Assembly (NCBI GenBank): GCA_963781585.1
Contig: CAWAGQ010000006.1
Span: forward strand, 32,001 to 96,000
DNA length: 64,000 nucleotides
Direction: 5' to 3'
Source: an uncultured Gemmatimonadaceae bacterium
Lineage (GTDB): Bacteria; Gemmatimonadota; Gemmatimonadetes; Gemmatimonadales; Gemmatimonadaceae
The notes beneath the pieces were generated by a model that saw only the letters and a list, made by a program, of their open reading frames with translations, was not told where the DNA came from and searched no databases. Positions 17,630 to 27,197 of the stretch are shown in pieces (within the stretch, counting starts at the first letter, position 1; every line of letters begins with the position of its first letter). A program made the translations under genes and the position numbers.

Positions 17630-18232
17630 ATGGCGAACAGCGCCGAAGACAAGAAGAAGAAAGACGAGAGCTTCGCGCGTGAGGCGCTCCCCTGGATGGA
17701 CGACGTCTACCGGTTTGCGCTGTCCCTGACGCGCGACGCCTCGGACGCCGAGGACGTCGTACAGGAGACGTATCTGCGAGCCTACCGCTCGTGGCACACG
17801 TTTCAGTCGGGGAGCGACTGCCGGAGGTGGCTGTTCACGATCTGCCGGAATGCCTTTCTGCGCTCGCGGGAGCGTCAACGGTTCGAGGTGGATGCCGAGG
17901 ATGGCGACGCCGAAGCCGTGGCCGCGGTGCGGGTGCATCAACAGATGATGGATGACGGGACCGACCGGCTGCTCGCCAGGCTCGATCTCGGCCCCGCTCT
18001 CTCGAAGGCTCTTGCCGAGCTGGACGAACCGTTCCGCTCGGCGGTGGTCCTGGTGGACGTGGAGGATCAATCGTACGAACACGCATCGGAAGTCCTCGGC
18101 GTGCCGATCGGCACCGTGCGTTCCCGGCTCTTTCGCGGGCGGCGCCAGCTGCAGGAAAAGCTCATGCGTCATGCGCGCGACGCCGGATTCGCCACGGCGG
18201 GCGACGCATCGAAGGCGGTGACCGATGACTGA
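17630..18232 (+). CDS. ECF sigma factor (SigR/SigH-like)
   Basis: [33 protein letters not shown]. Confidence 0.93.
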   Translation: MANSAEDKKKKDESFAREALPWMDDVYRFALSLTRDASDAEDVVQETYLRAYRSWHTFQSGSDCRRWLFTICRNAFLRSRERQRFEVDAEDGDAEAVAAVRVHQQMMDDGTDRLLARLDLGPALSKALAELDEPFRSAVVLVDVEDQSYEHASEVLGVPIGTVRSRLFRGRRQLQEKLMRHARDAGFATAGDASKAVTDD

Positions 18233-18482
18233 CGACGTCCCCGACATCGACTGCCCGACCGCGCTGCGCCAGCTCTGGGACTACCTGGACCAGGAGCTGA
18301 CCGAGGACCGGATGGCGATGATGCGCCAGCACATGGCGAAATGCCGCGCCTGCCTGCCCCACCACGATTTCGACAAGCAGTTCCTCTCGGCCGTGCGTGC
18401 CACCCGCCGGGAGCAGCTGATGCCTCCCGAAGTCAAGTCGCGGGTGATGGAGCTTCTGGCCGAAGCGGGATACGCTGGCTAG
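18225..18482 (+). CDS. Zinc-binding anti-sigma factor (ZAS, RsrA/RshA-like)
   Basis: C...LWDYLDQEL...HMAKCRAC (HxxxCxxC); overlaps the sigma gene. Confidence 0.9.
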   Translation: MTDDVPDIDCPTALRQLWDYLDQELTEDRMAMMRQHMAKCRACLPHHDFDKQFLSAVRATRREQLMPPEVKSRVMELLAEAGYAG

Positions 18483-18530
18483 GCAGCGCGCCCAGAACAA
18501 CGAAACCGGACGGCCGATCGGCGAGGGGAC

Positions 18531-18929
18531 TCAGGCCGGTGCCTCGAATCCGTCCTCGCGCAGCAACACGCGGTCGAACGTGTGAACCGACTCACATCCC
18601 CGCGCCAGGCTCTCCTCGCGAATGAGATAGTCGGCGAAGTCCCCTTTCCCGGCCGCAAACGCCTCGAGCGCACGCATCAGCTGCTCGGGTGCGCCGAACG
18701 CAAGGTGCTTCGCGCGCATCAGCTCAAGCAGGAGCGAGAGAATCTGGGCCTTGGGGACGCGATAGCTGGCCGACAACACCCAGACGAGCTCGCAGATCAC
18801 GATGCTGGAGACGAAGAGCTCCTTCCGCGCGGCAATGGCGCGGTCGACGAGCGCCGCGGCCGCCGCCGACTGACGCTCGTCGTCCTCCACGAGGAATCGG
18901 ACCAGCACGTTGGTGTCGAGTCCGATCAC
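18531..18929 (-). CDS. vapC: PIN-domain VapC toxin
   Basis: GLDTNVLVR, E(L)VWVL, DFADYLI, TFD. Confidence 0.92.
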   Translation of the reverse strand: MIGLDTNVLVRFLVEDDERQSAAAAALVDRAIAARKELFVSSIVICELVWVLSASYRVPKAQILSLLLELMRAKHLAFGAPEQLMRALEAFAAGKGDFADYLIREESLARGCESVHTFDRVLLREDGFEAPA

Positions 18930-19174
18930 TGACGCGATCCCGCCTTGCGTACGGCCGCATTCATGTCGTCCACGGTCACGCTCCTGATCGTCGGTTTGAC
19001 GATCCCACGTAACGCCCGAAGGTCCACATTCTCGGGCTCGACCGTCACGACCCCGTCATCCCGGATCCGGAACGCCAGCCGATCGCCGGGATGCACGCCG
19101 AGGGCTTCCCGGACCCGCATCGGCACCGTGATCTGACCTTTTCTGGTGAGTTTCGCGGCCATTTCCTTACTCAA
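18926..19174 (-). CDS. AbrB/MazE-type antitoxin
   Basis: KLTRKGQITVPMRVREALGVHPGD; alternative start ATG 19162. Confidence 0.9.
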   Translation of the reverse strand: MSKEMAAKLTRKGQITVPMRVREALGVHPGDRLAFRIRDDGVVTVEPENVDLRALRGIVKPTIRSVTVDDMNAAVRKAGSRQ

Positions 19175-19267
19175 TGACTCATTCCTTACCGATGGTAATG
19201 CTTGCTCCGGCTCGACGCAAGACGCCCGCGGGAGAATCCCCCGAATCCGGCCCGCCGCATTCCCTCA

Positions 19268-19296
19268 TTGACATAGGGGGGAGGGGTATCTAGTCT
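19268..19296 (+). promoter_or_regulatory. Sigma70 promoter of the cop operon with probable CsoR operator
   Basis: TTGACA-17 nt-TAGTCT; spacer TAGGGGGGAGGGGTATC is a G-tract like CsoR/RcnR sites. Confidence 0.75.
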
Positions 19297-19351
19297 CCGC
19301 TTCGGAGCGTCGGGATCGCGTGTCCCAGCGGACCACTCGGAGGAAAGTCCC

Positions 19352-19564
19352 ATGAAGCGAGTCAGTCTCGCCATCACCGGCATGCATTGCGGCCACTGCG
19401 TCCACGCGGTGCGCGAAGCCCTGGCGGCGGTGCCGGGGGTGCAGGTGGAACAGGTGGGGATCGGGTCGGCCAGCGTGTCGATGAACGACGACTCGGCCGG
19501 CGTCACTCCGCTGATCGACGCCGTATATGAGGCCGGCTACGAAGCGGAGGAAGCGCTACGATGA
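19352..19564 (+). CDS. copZ: Copper chaperone (HMA domain)
   Basis: GMHCGHC, 70 aa. Confidence 0.88.
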   Translation: MKRVSLAITGMHCGHCVHAVREALAAVPGVQVEQVGIGSASVSMNDDSAGVTPLIDAVYEAGYEAEEALR

Positions 19565-19938
19565 CGGCCGCGGACTGGTTCGTCGCGGCAGGCGGCCTGG
19601 CCGCCATTGCCGCGGTGATCTGGTGGTTCTTCGTCGCCGGCCGCCACGCTGTGGCCGCCAGCGAGCTCGCGTCCGGACTGCAGCAGGTGACCATCACCGT
19701 ACGCGGCGGCTATGAACCGAGCCGCGTCTACCTGCGGGCGGGACGCCCGGCCCGGCTGGTCTTCGACCGTCAGGAGCGCGCCGGCTGTTCCGAAGAAGTC
19801 GTCTTTCCCGCGTTCGGCGTGCGCCGGTTTCTGCCGCCGTTCGAGAAAACGACCATCGATCTCGAGCCGGCCGAGCCCGGCCGCTACGAGTTCACCTGCG
19901 GCATGAGCATGCTGCGTGGGATGCTGGAGGTGGAGTGA
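19561..19938 (+). CDS. Membrane-anchored cupredoxin-domain protein (CupA-like)
   Basis: N-terminal TM; GGYEP...GCSEEV...FTCGMSM. Confidence 0.88.
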   Translation: MTAADWFVAAGGLAAIAAVIWWFFVAGRHAVAASELASGLQQVTITVRGGYEPSRVYLRAGRPARLVFDRQERAGCSEEVVFPAFGVRRFLPPFEKTTIDLEPAEPGRYEFTCGMSMLRGMLEVE

Positions 19939-22577
19939 AGAACGATGGGAAGCGCACCGCCGCCGGCGACGCCGAGCGCCCCGACCCCGACGCGACGGTG
20001 GAGCAGCCGACGCGTCCTGCGCGTCCGGTTCATCGCTCCGCCCTCGTCACCCGGCTCATGGCGTCCGGCAATCATCCCGCGGTACGGGGCGCCGCGTCCG
20101 AACCGTCGGGGGACGCGGCTGCCGCTGATGCGTGCGAGCTGACCGATGGAGGGCCGGGATCCGACGCGACCGGCGAGAGGTCGGAGGTCGGAGATCGGAC
20201 GCCGCGGGACGGACGTCGCAAGTCGGACATCGGAGATCGCCTCGCGCCGTCGCGCCTCACCATCGCGGTGACCGGCATGCACTGCGCGGCGTGTCAGGCA
20301 CGGGTGCAACGCGTGCTCGAGCGCACCCCGGGCGTACAGTCCGCCACCGTCAGTCTCCTGACCGACAGCGCGGCGGTCCGGTTCGATCCCGCCGTGGTCG
20401 ACGCCCCTGCACTCGTCGAGCGCATTCGGGGCACGGGTTACGGCGCCGAGCTGCCGGTCGAGGAGCGGGGCGCACTGGAGGAGCAGCGCGCGCAGGATGA
20501 CGCGCGCGAGGCCGAGTTTCGCGACCTGAAGAAGAAGGCGATCGTCGCGCTCATCGCCGGCGCGATCGCGATGCTCGTCTCGATTCCAATCATGACCGGG
20601 GGCACACACGCGGGCACCGGAGTCACCGATCCCGTGATGCACTGGGCCACGCAGACCATCGACCCCGTGCTCCGGCGCATCGCGCCATGGCTATACGCCG
20701 TGTCGCCCCGCCTGATGGCGTTCCTCCTGCTCGGTATGACGACGGTGGTGATGGCGTGGGCCGGGCGACACTTCTACACGCGCGCCTGGTTGGCCTTCCG
20801 GCATCATTCGGCCGACATGAACACGTTGATCGCCGTCGGCACGGGCGCCGCCTACACCTTCTCCCTCGTGGCCACCGTGGCGCCCGGTCTCTTCCTGAGC
20901 CGGGGTCTCGCGCCGGATCTGTACTTCGAGGCGGTGGTCATCCTCATCGGGTTCATCCTGCTGGGGAACGCCCTCGAGGCGCGCGCCAAGGGGCGGACGT
21001 CGGCGGCACTGCGGCGGCTGGTGAACCTGCGGCCACGCACCGCACGCGTGGAGCGCGACGGCGAGGAACAGGACGTGGCGGTGGAAGACGTGAACCCCGG
21101 GGACGTGGTCTCGGTGCGCCCTGGGGAACGGATTCCGGTGGACGGCGAGGTGACGAGCGGCACCAGCAGCGTGGACGAATCGATGCTCACGGGCGAGCCG
21201 CTGCCGGTGGAGAAGCGACCCGGCGGTCACGTCATCGGCGGCACGGTGAACGGCCTCGGCGCATTCCGGTACCGGGCCACCACGTTAGGCGCCGATAGCG
21301 TGCTGGCCCAGATCGTGAAGCTGATGCGCGATGCGCAGGGTTCGCGCGCTCCGATTCAGAATCTCGCCGATCGCGTCAGTGCGGTGTTCGTCCCGGTGGT
21401 CATCTCCATCGCCATCGCCGTGTTCGTCATCTGGTTCGTCGCCTCGGGGAACGCGCCGCTGCTGCGCGCGGTGGGCGCGTCGGTCGCCGTCCTGGTGATC
21501 GCCTGTCCCTGCGCCATGGGACTGGCCGTACCGACGGCGGTCATGGTGGCGTCGGGGAAAGGCGCCGAGCTCGGGATTCTCATCAAGGGCGGTCAGGCGC
21601 TGGAGCGCGCACACCAGATCGACACGGTGGTCCTCGACAAGACAGGAACGCTGACCGAGGGGCGGCCGGTGATGACCGATGTCCTGGTCACGCCGGCGTT
21701 CGACCAAGGCGACGTGCTGCGGCTCGCCGCGTCGCTCGAGCGGTCATCCGAACATCCGTTGGCCACGGCTCTGGTCGACGCGGCCCGCGACCGTGGGCTC
21801 AGTCTGGCCGACGCCGAGTCGTTCACGTCAGTCACCGGCCGGGGCGTGGTGGGGAAGGTGGACGGCCGGGACGTAGCCATCGGCAACGCCGCACTGTTGC
21901 GCGATCGCGGGATCGCGCCGTCACCCCTGGATGCGCGGGCGACCGGTCTGGCGGCCGACGCCCGGACGACGATGTTCGTTGCCGTCGACGGTCAGCTGGC
22001 CGGGCTGGTCGCGGTCGCCGACCCGCTCAAGAAGTCGTCGGTGGAGGCGGTGGCGGCGCTGCGCGAGATGGGACTGGACGTGGTACTCCTTACCGGCGAT
22101 GTGGAGGCGACGGCCCGCGCGATCGCCCGGCACGCGGGCATCGAACGCATCGTGGCGGGCGTCCTGCCGTCCGGCAAGGTCGACGAAATCACCCGCCTGC
22201 AGAAGGAAGGGCGCGTGGTGGCCATGGTGGGCGACGGGATAAACGATGCGCCCGCGCTCGCCCAGTCCGACGTCGGGATCGCGATCGGAACCGGCACCGA
22301 CATCGCCATCGACGCCAGCGACATCACCCTCATGCGGGGTGACGTGCGCGGCGTGGCCCAAGCCATCAAACTGGCACGCCGGACGATGCGCACCATGAAG
22401 CAGAACCTCTTCTGGGCTTTCGTCTACAACGTGATCGGCATCCCGATCGCGGCGGGCATTCTGTACCCGGCCTTCGGGCTGATGCTGAGTCCCATTCTCG
22501 CCGGTGCGGCAATGGCCATGAGCTCGGTCAGCGTCGTGACCAACAGCCTGCGCCTGGGCACGTTCCGCCCGGCCTGA
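19935..22577 (+). CDS. copA: Cu(I)-translocating P1B-type ATPase
   Basis: [38 protein letters not shown]. Confidence 0.96.
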   Translation: MKNDGKRTAAGDAERPDPDATVEQPTRPARPVHRSALVTRLMASGNHPAVRGAASEPSGDAAAADACELTDGGPGSDATGERSEVGDRTPRDGRRKSDIGDRLAPSRLTIAVTGMHCAACQARVQRVLERTPGVQSATVSLLTDSAAVRFDPAVVDAPALVERIRGTGYGAELPVEERGALEEQRAQDDAREAEFRDLKKKAIVALIAGAIAMLVSIPIMTGGTHAGTGVTDPVMHWATQTIDPVLRRIAPWLYAVSPRLMAFLLLGMTTVVMAWAGRHFYTRAWLAFRHHSADMNTLIAVGTGAAYTFSLVATVAPGLFLSRGLAPDLYFEAVVILIGFILLGNALEARAKGRTSAALRRLVNLRPRTARVERDGEEQDVAVEDVNPGDVVSVRPGERIPVDGEVTSGTSSVDESMLTGEPLPVEKRPGGHVIGGTVNGLGAFRYRATTLGADSVLAQIVKLMRDAQGSRAPIQNLADRVSAVFVPVVISIAIAVFVIWFVASGNAPLLRAVGASVAVLVIACPCAMGLAVPTAVMVASGKGAELGILIKGGQALERAHQIDTVVLDKTGTLTEGRPVMTDVLVTPAFDQGDVLRLAASLERSSEHPLATALVDAARDRGLSLADAESFTSVTGRGVVGKVDGRDVAIGNAALLRDRGIAPSPLDARATGLAADARTTMFVAVDGQLAGLVAVADPLKKSSVEAVAALREMGLDVVLLTGDVEATARAIARHAGIERIVAGVLPSGKVDEITRLQKEGRVVAMVGDGINDAPALAQSDVGIAIGTGTDIAIDASDITLMRGDVRGVAQAIKLARRTMRTMKQNLFWAFVYNVIGIPIAAGILYPAFGLMLSPILAGAAMAMSSVSVVTNSLRLGTFRPA

Positions 22578-22596
22578 CGACTACAGGAGACCGTCG

Positions 22597-22974
22597 ATGC
22601 CGACTCGCGCCATCAAGCCAGACGGAAGCGGTCATGCTGCCGAAGCATGCGGATGCGCCGTCGGCCATGCCGCCGCAGCTGGCGGGCGCAAGGCCGTGGG
22701 CGTCGACCCGGGAATCCGCGATCGCAATCTGAAACGGCTGCGGCGTATCGAGGGCCAGGTGCGCGGGCTGCAGAAGATGGTCAGCGAGGACCGCTACTGC
22801 GCCGACATCATGACCCAGATCTCGTCGGTGCACGAAGCACTCCGCGCGGTGAGCCGCGAACTGATGCGAAACCACCTGCGCCACTGCGCCAGCTCGGCGA
22901 TCAAGGCGGGGCCCGACGACGCCGAGGCGATGTACGACGAGCTGATCGGGCTGATGTACACGCACCTGCGGTAG
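22597..22974 (+). CDS. csoR: CsoR family metal-sensing repressor
   Basis: RLRRIEGQVRG...RYCAD...NHLRHC. Confidence 0.93.
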   Translation: MPTRAIKPDGSGHAAEACGCAVGHAAAAGGRKAVGVDPGIRDRNLKRLRRIEGQVRGLQKMVSEDRYCADIMTQISSVHEALRAVSRELMRNHLRHCASSAIKAGPDDAEAMYDELIGLMYTHLR

Positions 22975-23005
22975 GGCAGCGGTCCCTCGGGACGCGACCC
23001 CCGCG

Positions 23006-23347
23006 TCAGGCCCGGCCGAGCACGCGGGCGATGGCGAGCGAGACGCGGTCGTACCCGGACACCACCTCGCCGAGCTGCTTCCGTCCCGACGAGGTGATCG
23101 TGTAGTAGCGGGCACGACGCTTGGTCGGGCTCAACTTCCACTTCGCGGTCGCCCAGCCCTTGCTCAGCAGCCGTTCCAGCGCCGGGTACAGGGAGCCCTG
23201 CTCGACCTGCAGCACGCCGTCGGACAGCCGCGCGATGTGCTGTCCGATGGCGTAGCCATGCAACGGGCCGAGCGTGAGCGTCTGGAGCACCAGCATGTCG
23301 AGGGTGCCCTGGAGCAGGTCGGATCGTTGTGGAGTGCGAGCAGGCAT
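23006..23347 (-). CDS. PadR family transcriptional regulator
   Basis: LLQGTLDMLVL...HGYAI...GSLYPAL...ARYYTIT..GRKQL. Confidence 0.93.
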   Translation of the reverse strand: MPARTPQRSDLLQGTLDMLVLQTLTLGPLHGYAIGQHIARLSDGVLQVEQGSLYPALERLLSKGWATAKWKLSPTKRRARYYTITSSGRKQLGEVVSGYDRVSLAIARVLGRA

Positions 23348-23700
23348 ACCCAGACCATCGACGGTTAGACGCTCTACATTTAGCCCTCGAACGGAGGCGA
23401 TGACAAGTCGTGGCGTATCGGCCTGAGGCGTCGGCACCGGGTGCGGTGCGGCGCCTGGCCTCTCTCGAGTGGTGACGGCAGCGGCTCCAGGGATTCACGC
23501 TGGGGTCGTTGACAACGTTCGGTCGGAGAGGCAGGCAAACCTCACGGCCCGTCGGGGATCGCCCTACCCTGGACGTCAGGCCTTCACCCTTGATCCCCGT
23601 GTTCGCGCGGTCTAGGGTCAATCGTCAGGTTGGTGGAAGCCGCAGTTCCCGTCCACGCCGAGTTCCAGGCACCTTCTTGCACTTCTCCTTTTCGCGTTCG

Positions 23701-24108
23701 ATGCCTGGGGTGTGGCGGACGATAGCTCTTGCCACGTCACTGGCCTTCCTGCAGACGCTGGGCGCCCCCGGCAGCTTCGCGTGCGGAGCGATGCCGGCGG
23801 CCCATGTCGGCGCGCACGCGGGGATGAGTGCGTCGAATCAGGCGACGGGCGAGCGCCACGATTGCGCAGGTGTGACGGCGAACGATCCGGCGTGCCCGCA
23901 GTGCGCGCAGTCGTCTCAACCATCGTGTCCCGGACTTCCGGGAACGGGAGCCTGCGGTGCCATCGCGGGGTGCGGCGTGGCGGCGTTCACGGTCGCGACG
24001 GCCTTGCCGACGATGCTCGCGGTCGCGGCGCCTAACGAAGCTCTCCCCCTCCGGCAGCGCGAACTCGCTCGTCCCACCGCGCCCGAGCCCCCTCCGCCGC
24101 GGGCGTAG
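23701..24108 (+). CDS. DUF2946/CutF-like exported Cys/His-rich protein
   Basis: Signal-like N-terminus, CPQC and other Cys, C-terminal PEPPPPRA, directly upstream of the metal efflux operon. Confidence 0.6.
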   Translation: MPGVWRTIALATSLAFLQTLGAPGSFACGAMPAAHVGAHAGMSASNQATGERHDCAGVTANDPACPQCAQSSQPSCPGLPGTGACGAIAGCGVAAFTVATALPTMLAVAAPNEALPLRQRELARPTAPEPPPPRA

Positions 24109-24224
24109 TCTCCTACACATCGCTGTAACGGCGTACTGCGCCGGCGGAACATCCCGCCGCGCACGCGACAGCCGCACGACGGGCCGGTCATGGTCGTCGC
24201 GCACCAGAGGGAGACCAACAATCC

Positions 24225-25715
24225 ATGTGTTCACATGCAGGACGGCGTCGAGTCCGTGCGGCTCATCGCCTGACCATCAGCGGGATACTCTTCGGGGCGA
24301 TCATCGTCAGCGCCGGCTCGCCGTGGCCAGCCAGGGCGCAGTCAGCGACCGGGTCTGTCTCAGGAGCGCCCAGCGCTGACGGCGGCGCATCGCTTACGCG
24401 CGGGTCGCCGAGGCCGTCCCCCATCCACTCGGCTTCAGGCGTCTCCAGCGCGGCCGTCTCGCGCTCTGCGTCGACGCCTGCTCCGGACGGTGCCATCCTT
24501 CGCCTCGGCGACGTGTACGCCGGCGTGCGTGACCGCAACCCCAAAGTGGCTGCCGCGCGTTCGCTTGCCGATGCCGTGCGTTCGCGCGTGCCGGGCGCAT
24601 CGCTGCCACCGGATCCGCAGCTCCAACTCGCCTTCATGAACTACGGCGTGCCCGATCTGCGGCCGATGGATCCCACCGGCATGCCAAAGCTTCAGGTGAT
24701 GCAGATGGTGCCCCTCGCCGGCAAACTCGGCCTCTCGGGCCGCATCGCCGCGGCGCAGGCCGATGCGGAAGGCGAGCGCGCAGCGGACGTGCAGTGGGAA
24801 CTGCGCACTGCTGCCGCGATGGCGTTCTACGACTTCTACCAGGCTGACCGTTCGATTGCCGTCGCGGTCGAGACGCGCCGCCTGCTCCAGGACATCGCCG
24901 CCGTCGCGGCGGCGATGTACGAAGTTGGCGAGGGTCGCCAGACCGACGTGCTCCGTGCGCAGGTCGAAATCGCGCGGATGACGGAGGAGATCACACGGAT
25001 GGAAGCGACGCGGGCGGCCGCCGGCGCGCGGCTCAACGCACTGCTCGATCGCCAACCCGACGCTGCGGTGGAAACGGTGTCGCTGCCCCGCTTTCCGGAA
25101 GCCCTGCCCACAGCGGACTCGCTCACGAGCATGGCGTCAACGAATCGGTCGATGATCCGTGCTGGCGAACAGGACGTGCGTGCCGCCGACGCAATGGCGA
25201 CCCGCGCCAGACGCGAGCTCGTCCCCGACCTGACGATCGGGCTTCAGTACGGACAGCGCAGTGCCGCCATGGGGACCGAGCACATGGCGAGCCTCATGCT
25301 GGGCGCGTCCATCCCGGTGTTCGCGGGGCGGCGACAGTTGAAAATGCGTGACGAGGCGGACGCGATGCGCGACATGGCGCAGGCCGACCTCCGCTACATG
25401 CGCGCCGACACGCGCGGACGCGTTGGCGAGGCGTACGCCGCAGTTACCCAGGCGCGCAATCTGGAGCGCCTCTATGCAGCCACCGTGTTGCCGCAGGCCG
25501 ACGCCACGGTGGCGTCGGCGACGGCAGCGTATCGCGTGGGCCAGGTGGACTTCATGACGCTGCTCGACGACCGCATGACCGTGAATCGCTATCGGCAGGA
25601 CTTCATCGCCCTCCAGGCTGCGGAAGGAAAGGCCTGGGCGGAGCTCGAGATGCTCACCGGTACGGAACTCTTCGATGCCAATGCCAGCGCGCTCACGAAT
25701 GGAGACGCACGATGA
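24225..25715 (+). CDS. TolC/CusC-like outer membrane efflux protein
   Basis: NP..AA...LPPDPQL; YEVGEGRQTDVLRAQ; YRVGQVDFMTLLD; start uncertain. Confidence 0.9.
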   Translation: MCSHAGRRRVRAAHRLTISGILFGAIIVSAGSPWPARAQSATGSVSGAPSADGGASLTRGSPRPSPIHSASGVSSAAVSRSASTPAPDGAILRLGDVYAGVRDRNPKVAAARSLADAVRSRVPGASLPPDPQLQLAFMNYGVPDLRPMDPTGMPKLQVMQMVPLAGKLGLSGRIAAAQADAEGERAADVQWELRTAAAMAFYDFYQADRSIAVAVETRRLLQDIAAVAAAMYEVGEGRQTDVLRAQVEIARMTEEITRMEATRAAAGARLNALLDRQPDAAVETVSLPRFPEALPTADSLTSMASTNRSMIRAGEQDVRAADAMATRARRELVPDLTIGLQYGQRSAAMGTEHMASLMLGASIPVFAGRRQLKMRDEADAMRDMAQADLRYMRADTRGRVGEAYAAVTQARNLERLYAATVLPQADATVASATAAYRVGQVDFMTLLDDRMTVNRYRQDFIALQAAEGKAWAELEMLTGTELFDANASALTNGDAR

Positions 25716-27193
25716 TCGACATGCGCAGTGATTCGATGGCGGCGACAGCCGAACTGCCAACTGAAGACCACACCGTCGCTGCCCAAGTACCGGCGAGGGA
25801 TTCAGTCGCAATCGATGACCCGTCTCCTTTCGGCGCGTCCAGCGGCGGTGTCGCGGGGATGGTGGCGCGTATCGCGTTGATCACCGCACTGCTCGTGGTA
25901 GCGACGGGCGCCGCCTTTTACTTCGCCCGCGGGCGAAGCACGAGTGACACCGCCACCGCGCATAATCATGGCGCCACTGCCGTCGCGGACGATGCCGCTC
26001 CCGTGATGCTCGACGGCGATGCGGCGCGCCGGATCGGAGTGACCTACGCCGGCGCGACGATGGGAACGCTCGAGGCCGAGGTGCGAACCGTCGGCCAGAT
26101 CACGTACGACGAAACGCGCCAGGCCGCGATCGCGCCGAAGATCGACGGCTGGGTGGACCGCCTGTTCGTGGACTTCACCGGTCAGCAGGTCGAGGAAGGG
26201 CAGCCGCTTCTGAGCATATACTCTCCGTTGCTGGTTGCGGCGCAGGAGGAGCTGCTCCTTGCCGCGCGGCTGTCACATGACGTGGCGGATGGTACCTCCG
26301 AAGCGAAGCGGTCGGCGGACGATCTGCTCGCGGCCTCGCGTCGCCGGCTGCTGTACTGGGATATCCCGGTGAGTGAGGTGGAGCGGATCGAACGAACCGG
26401 CGAGGTCACCAAGACGCTGACGCTGCGATCGCCGGTGCGCGGCGTCGTGCTGGAGAAGTCGGTGGTCGCCGGCCAGCGCATCATGGCGGGCCAGTCGGTC
26501 TACCAGGTCGCCGACCTGAGCACGGTGTGGGTGGAAGGCGAGGTATTCGAGCGCGACATGTCGTTCATGCGCTCCGGTACGAGAGTGACCGTCGACGTGC
26601 AAGCGTATCCCGGTGAGCAGTGGAACGGACGCGTGACGTACGTCTACCCCACCGTGGACCCCGGGACGCGCGCTGTCCGGATCCGCGTGGCGCTGCCGAA
26701 CCCGGGACTTCGGCTCAAACCGGGGATGTACGCCACGATCCACGTTCCGGGAGCGCAGCGCGCGGGCGTGATCTCCATACCTCGCGCGGCGGTGCTGGCG
26801 AGCGGCCGGAGAACCGTCGCGTTCGTCAGACGTCCCGACGGCATGCTCGAGCCACGGGAGATCGTCACCGGCGTAGCGAACGACGACCGGGTGGAGATCC
26901 TGCGTGGTCTCGCGGCCGGCGACACGGTGGTGGCATCGGCGACGTTCCTGATCGATGCAGAATCGAACCTCGGCGCCGCGCTCGGCGCGATGGCGGGGAT
27001 GCCGGGAATGGAGCAACCCGGAGGGCAGACACATGAGGCCACAGGCCAGAGGCCAGCGACCGGAGGCCAGAGAAACGCCGGTGCGAGCGGAGCCGCTGGC
27101 GCTCCGGAATTTCCTGCCGGCGCGGCGATGGACATGCCCGGCATGACGCATCCGGTGCCAGCCACTCCCGCCGTGAAGAAAGGAAAGGAGTAG
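25712..27193 (+). CDS. cusB: CusB-like RND periplasmic adaptor
   Basis: GWVDRLFV, YSPLL, ADLSTVWVE, LKPGMYA, FLIDAES; Met-rich tail. Confidence 0.88.
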   Translation: MIDMRSDSMAATAELPTEDHTVAAQVPARDSVAIDDPSPFGASSGGVAGMVARIALITALLVVATGAAFYFARGRSTSDTATAHNHGATAVADDAAPVMLDGDAARRIGVTYAGATMGTLEAEVRTVGQITYDETRQAAIAPKIDGWVDRLFVDFTGQQVEEGQPLLSIYSPLLVAAQEELLLAARLSHDVADGTSEAKRSADDLLAASRRRLLYWDIPVSEVERIERTGEVTKTLTLRSPVRGVVLEKSVVAGQRIMAGQSVYQVADLSTVWVEGEVFERDMSFMRSGTRVTVDVQAYPGEQWNGRVTYVYPTVDPGTRAVRIRVALPNPGLRLKPGMYATIHVPGAQRAGVISIPRAAVLASGRRTVAFVRRPDGMLEPREIVTGVANDDRVEILRGLAAGDTVVASATFLIDAESNLGAALGAMAGMPGMEQPGGQTHEATGQRPATGGQRNAGASGAAGAPEFPAGAAMDMPGMTHPVPATPAVKKGKE

Positions 27194-27197
27194 CATC

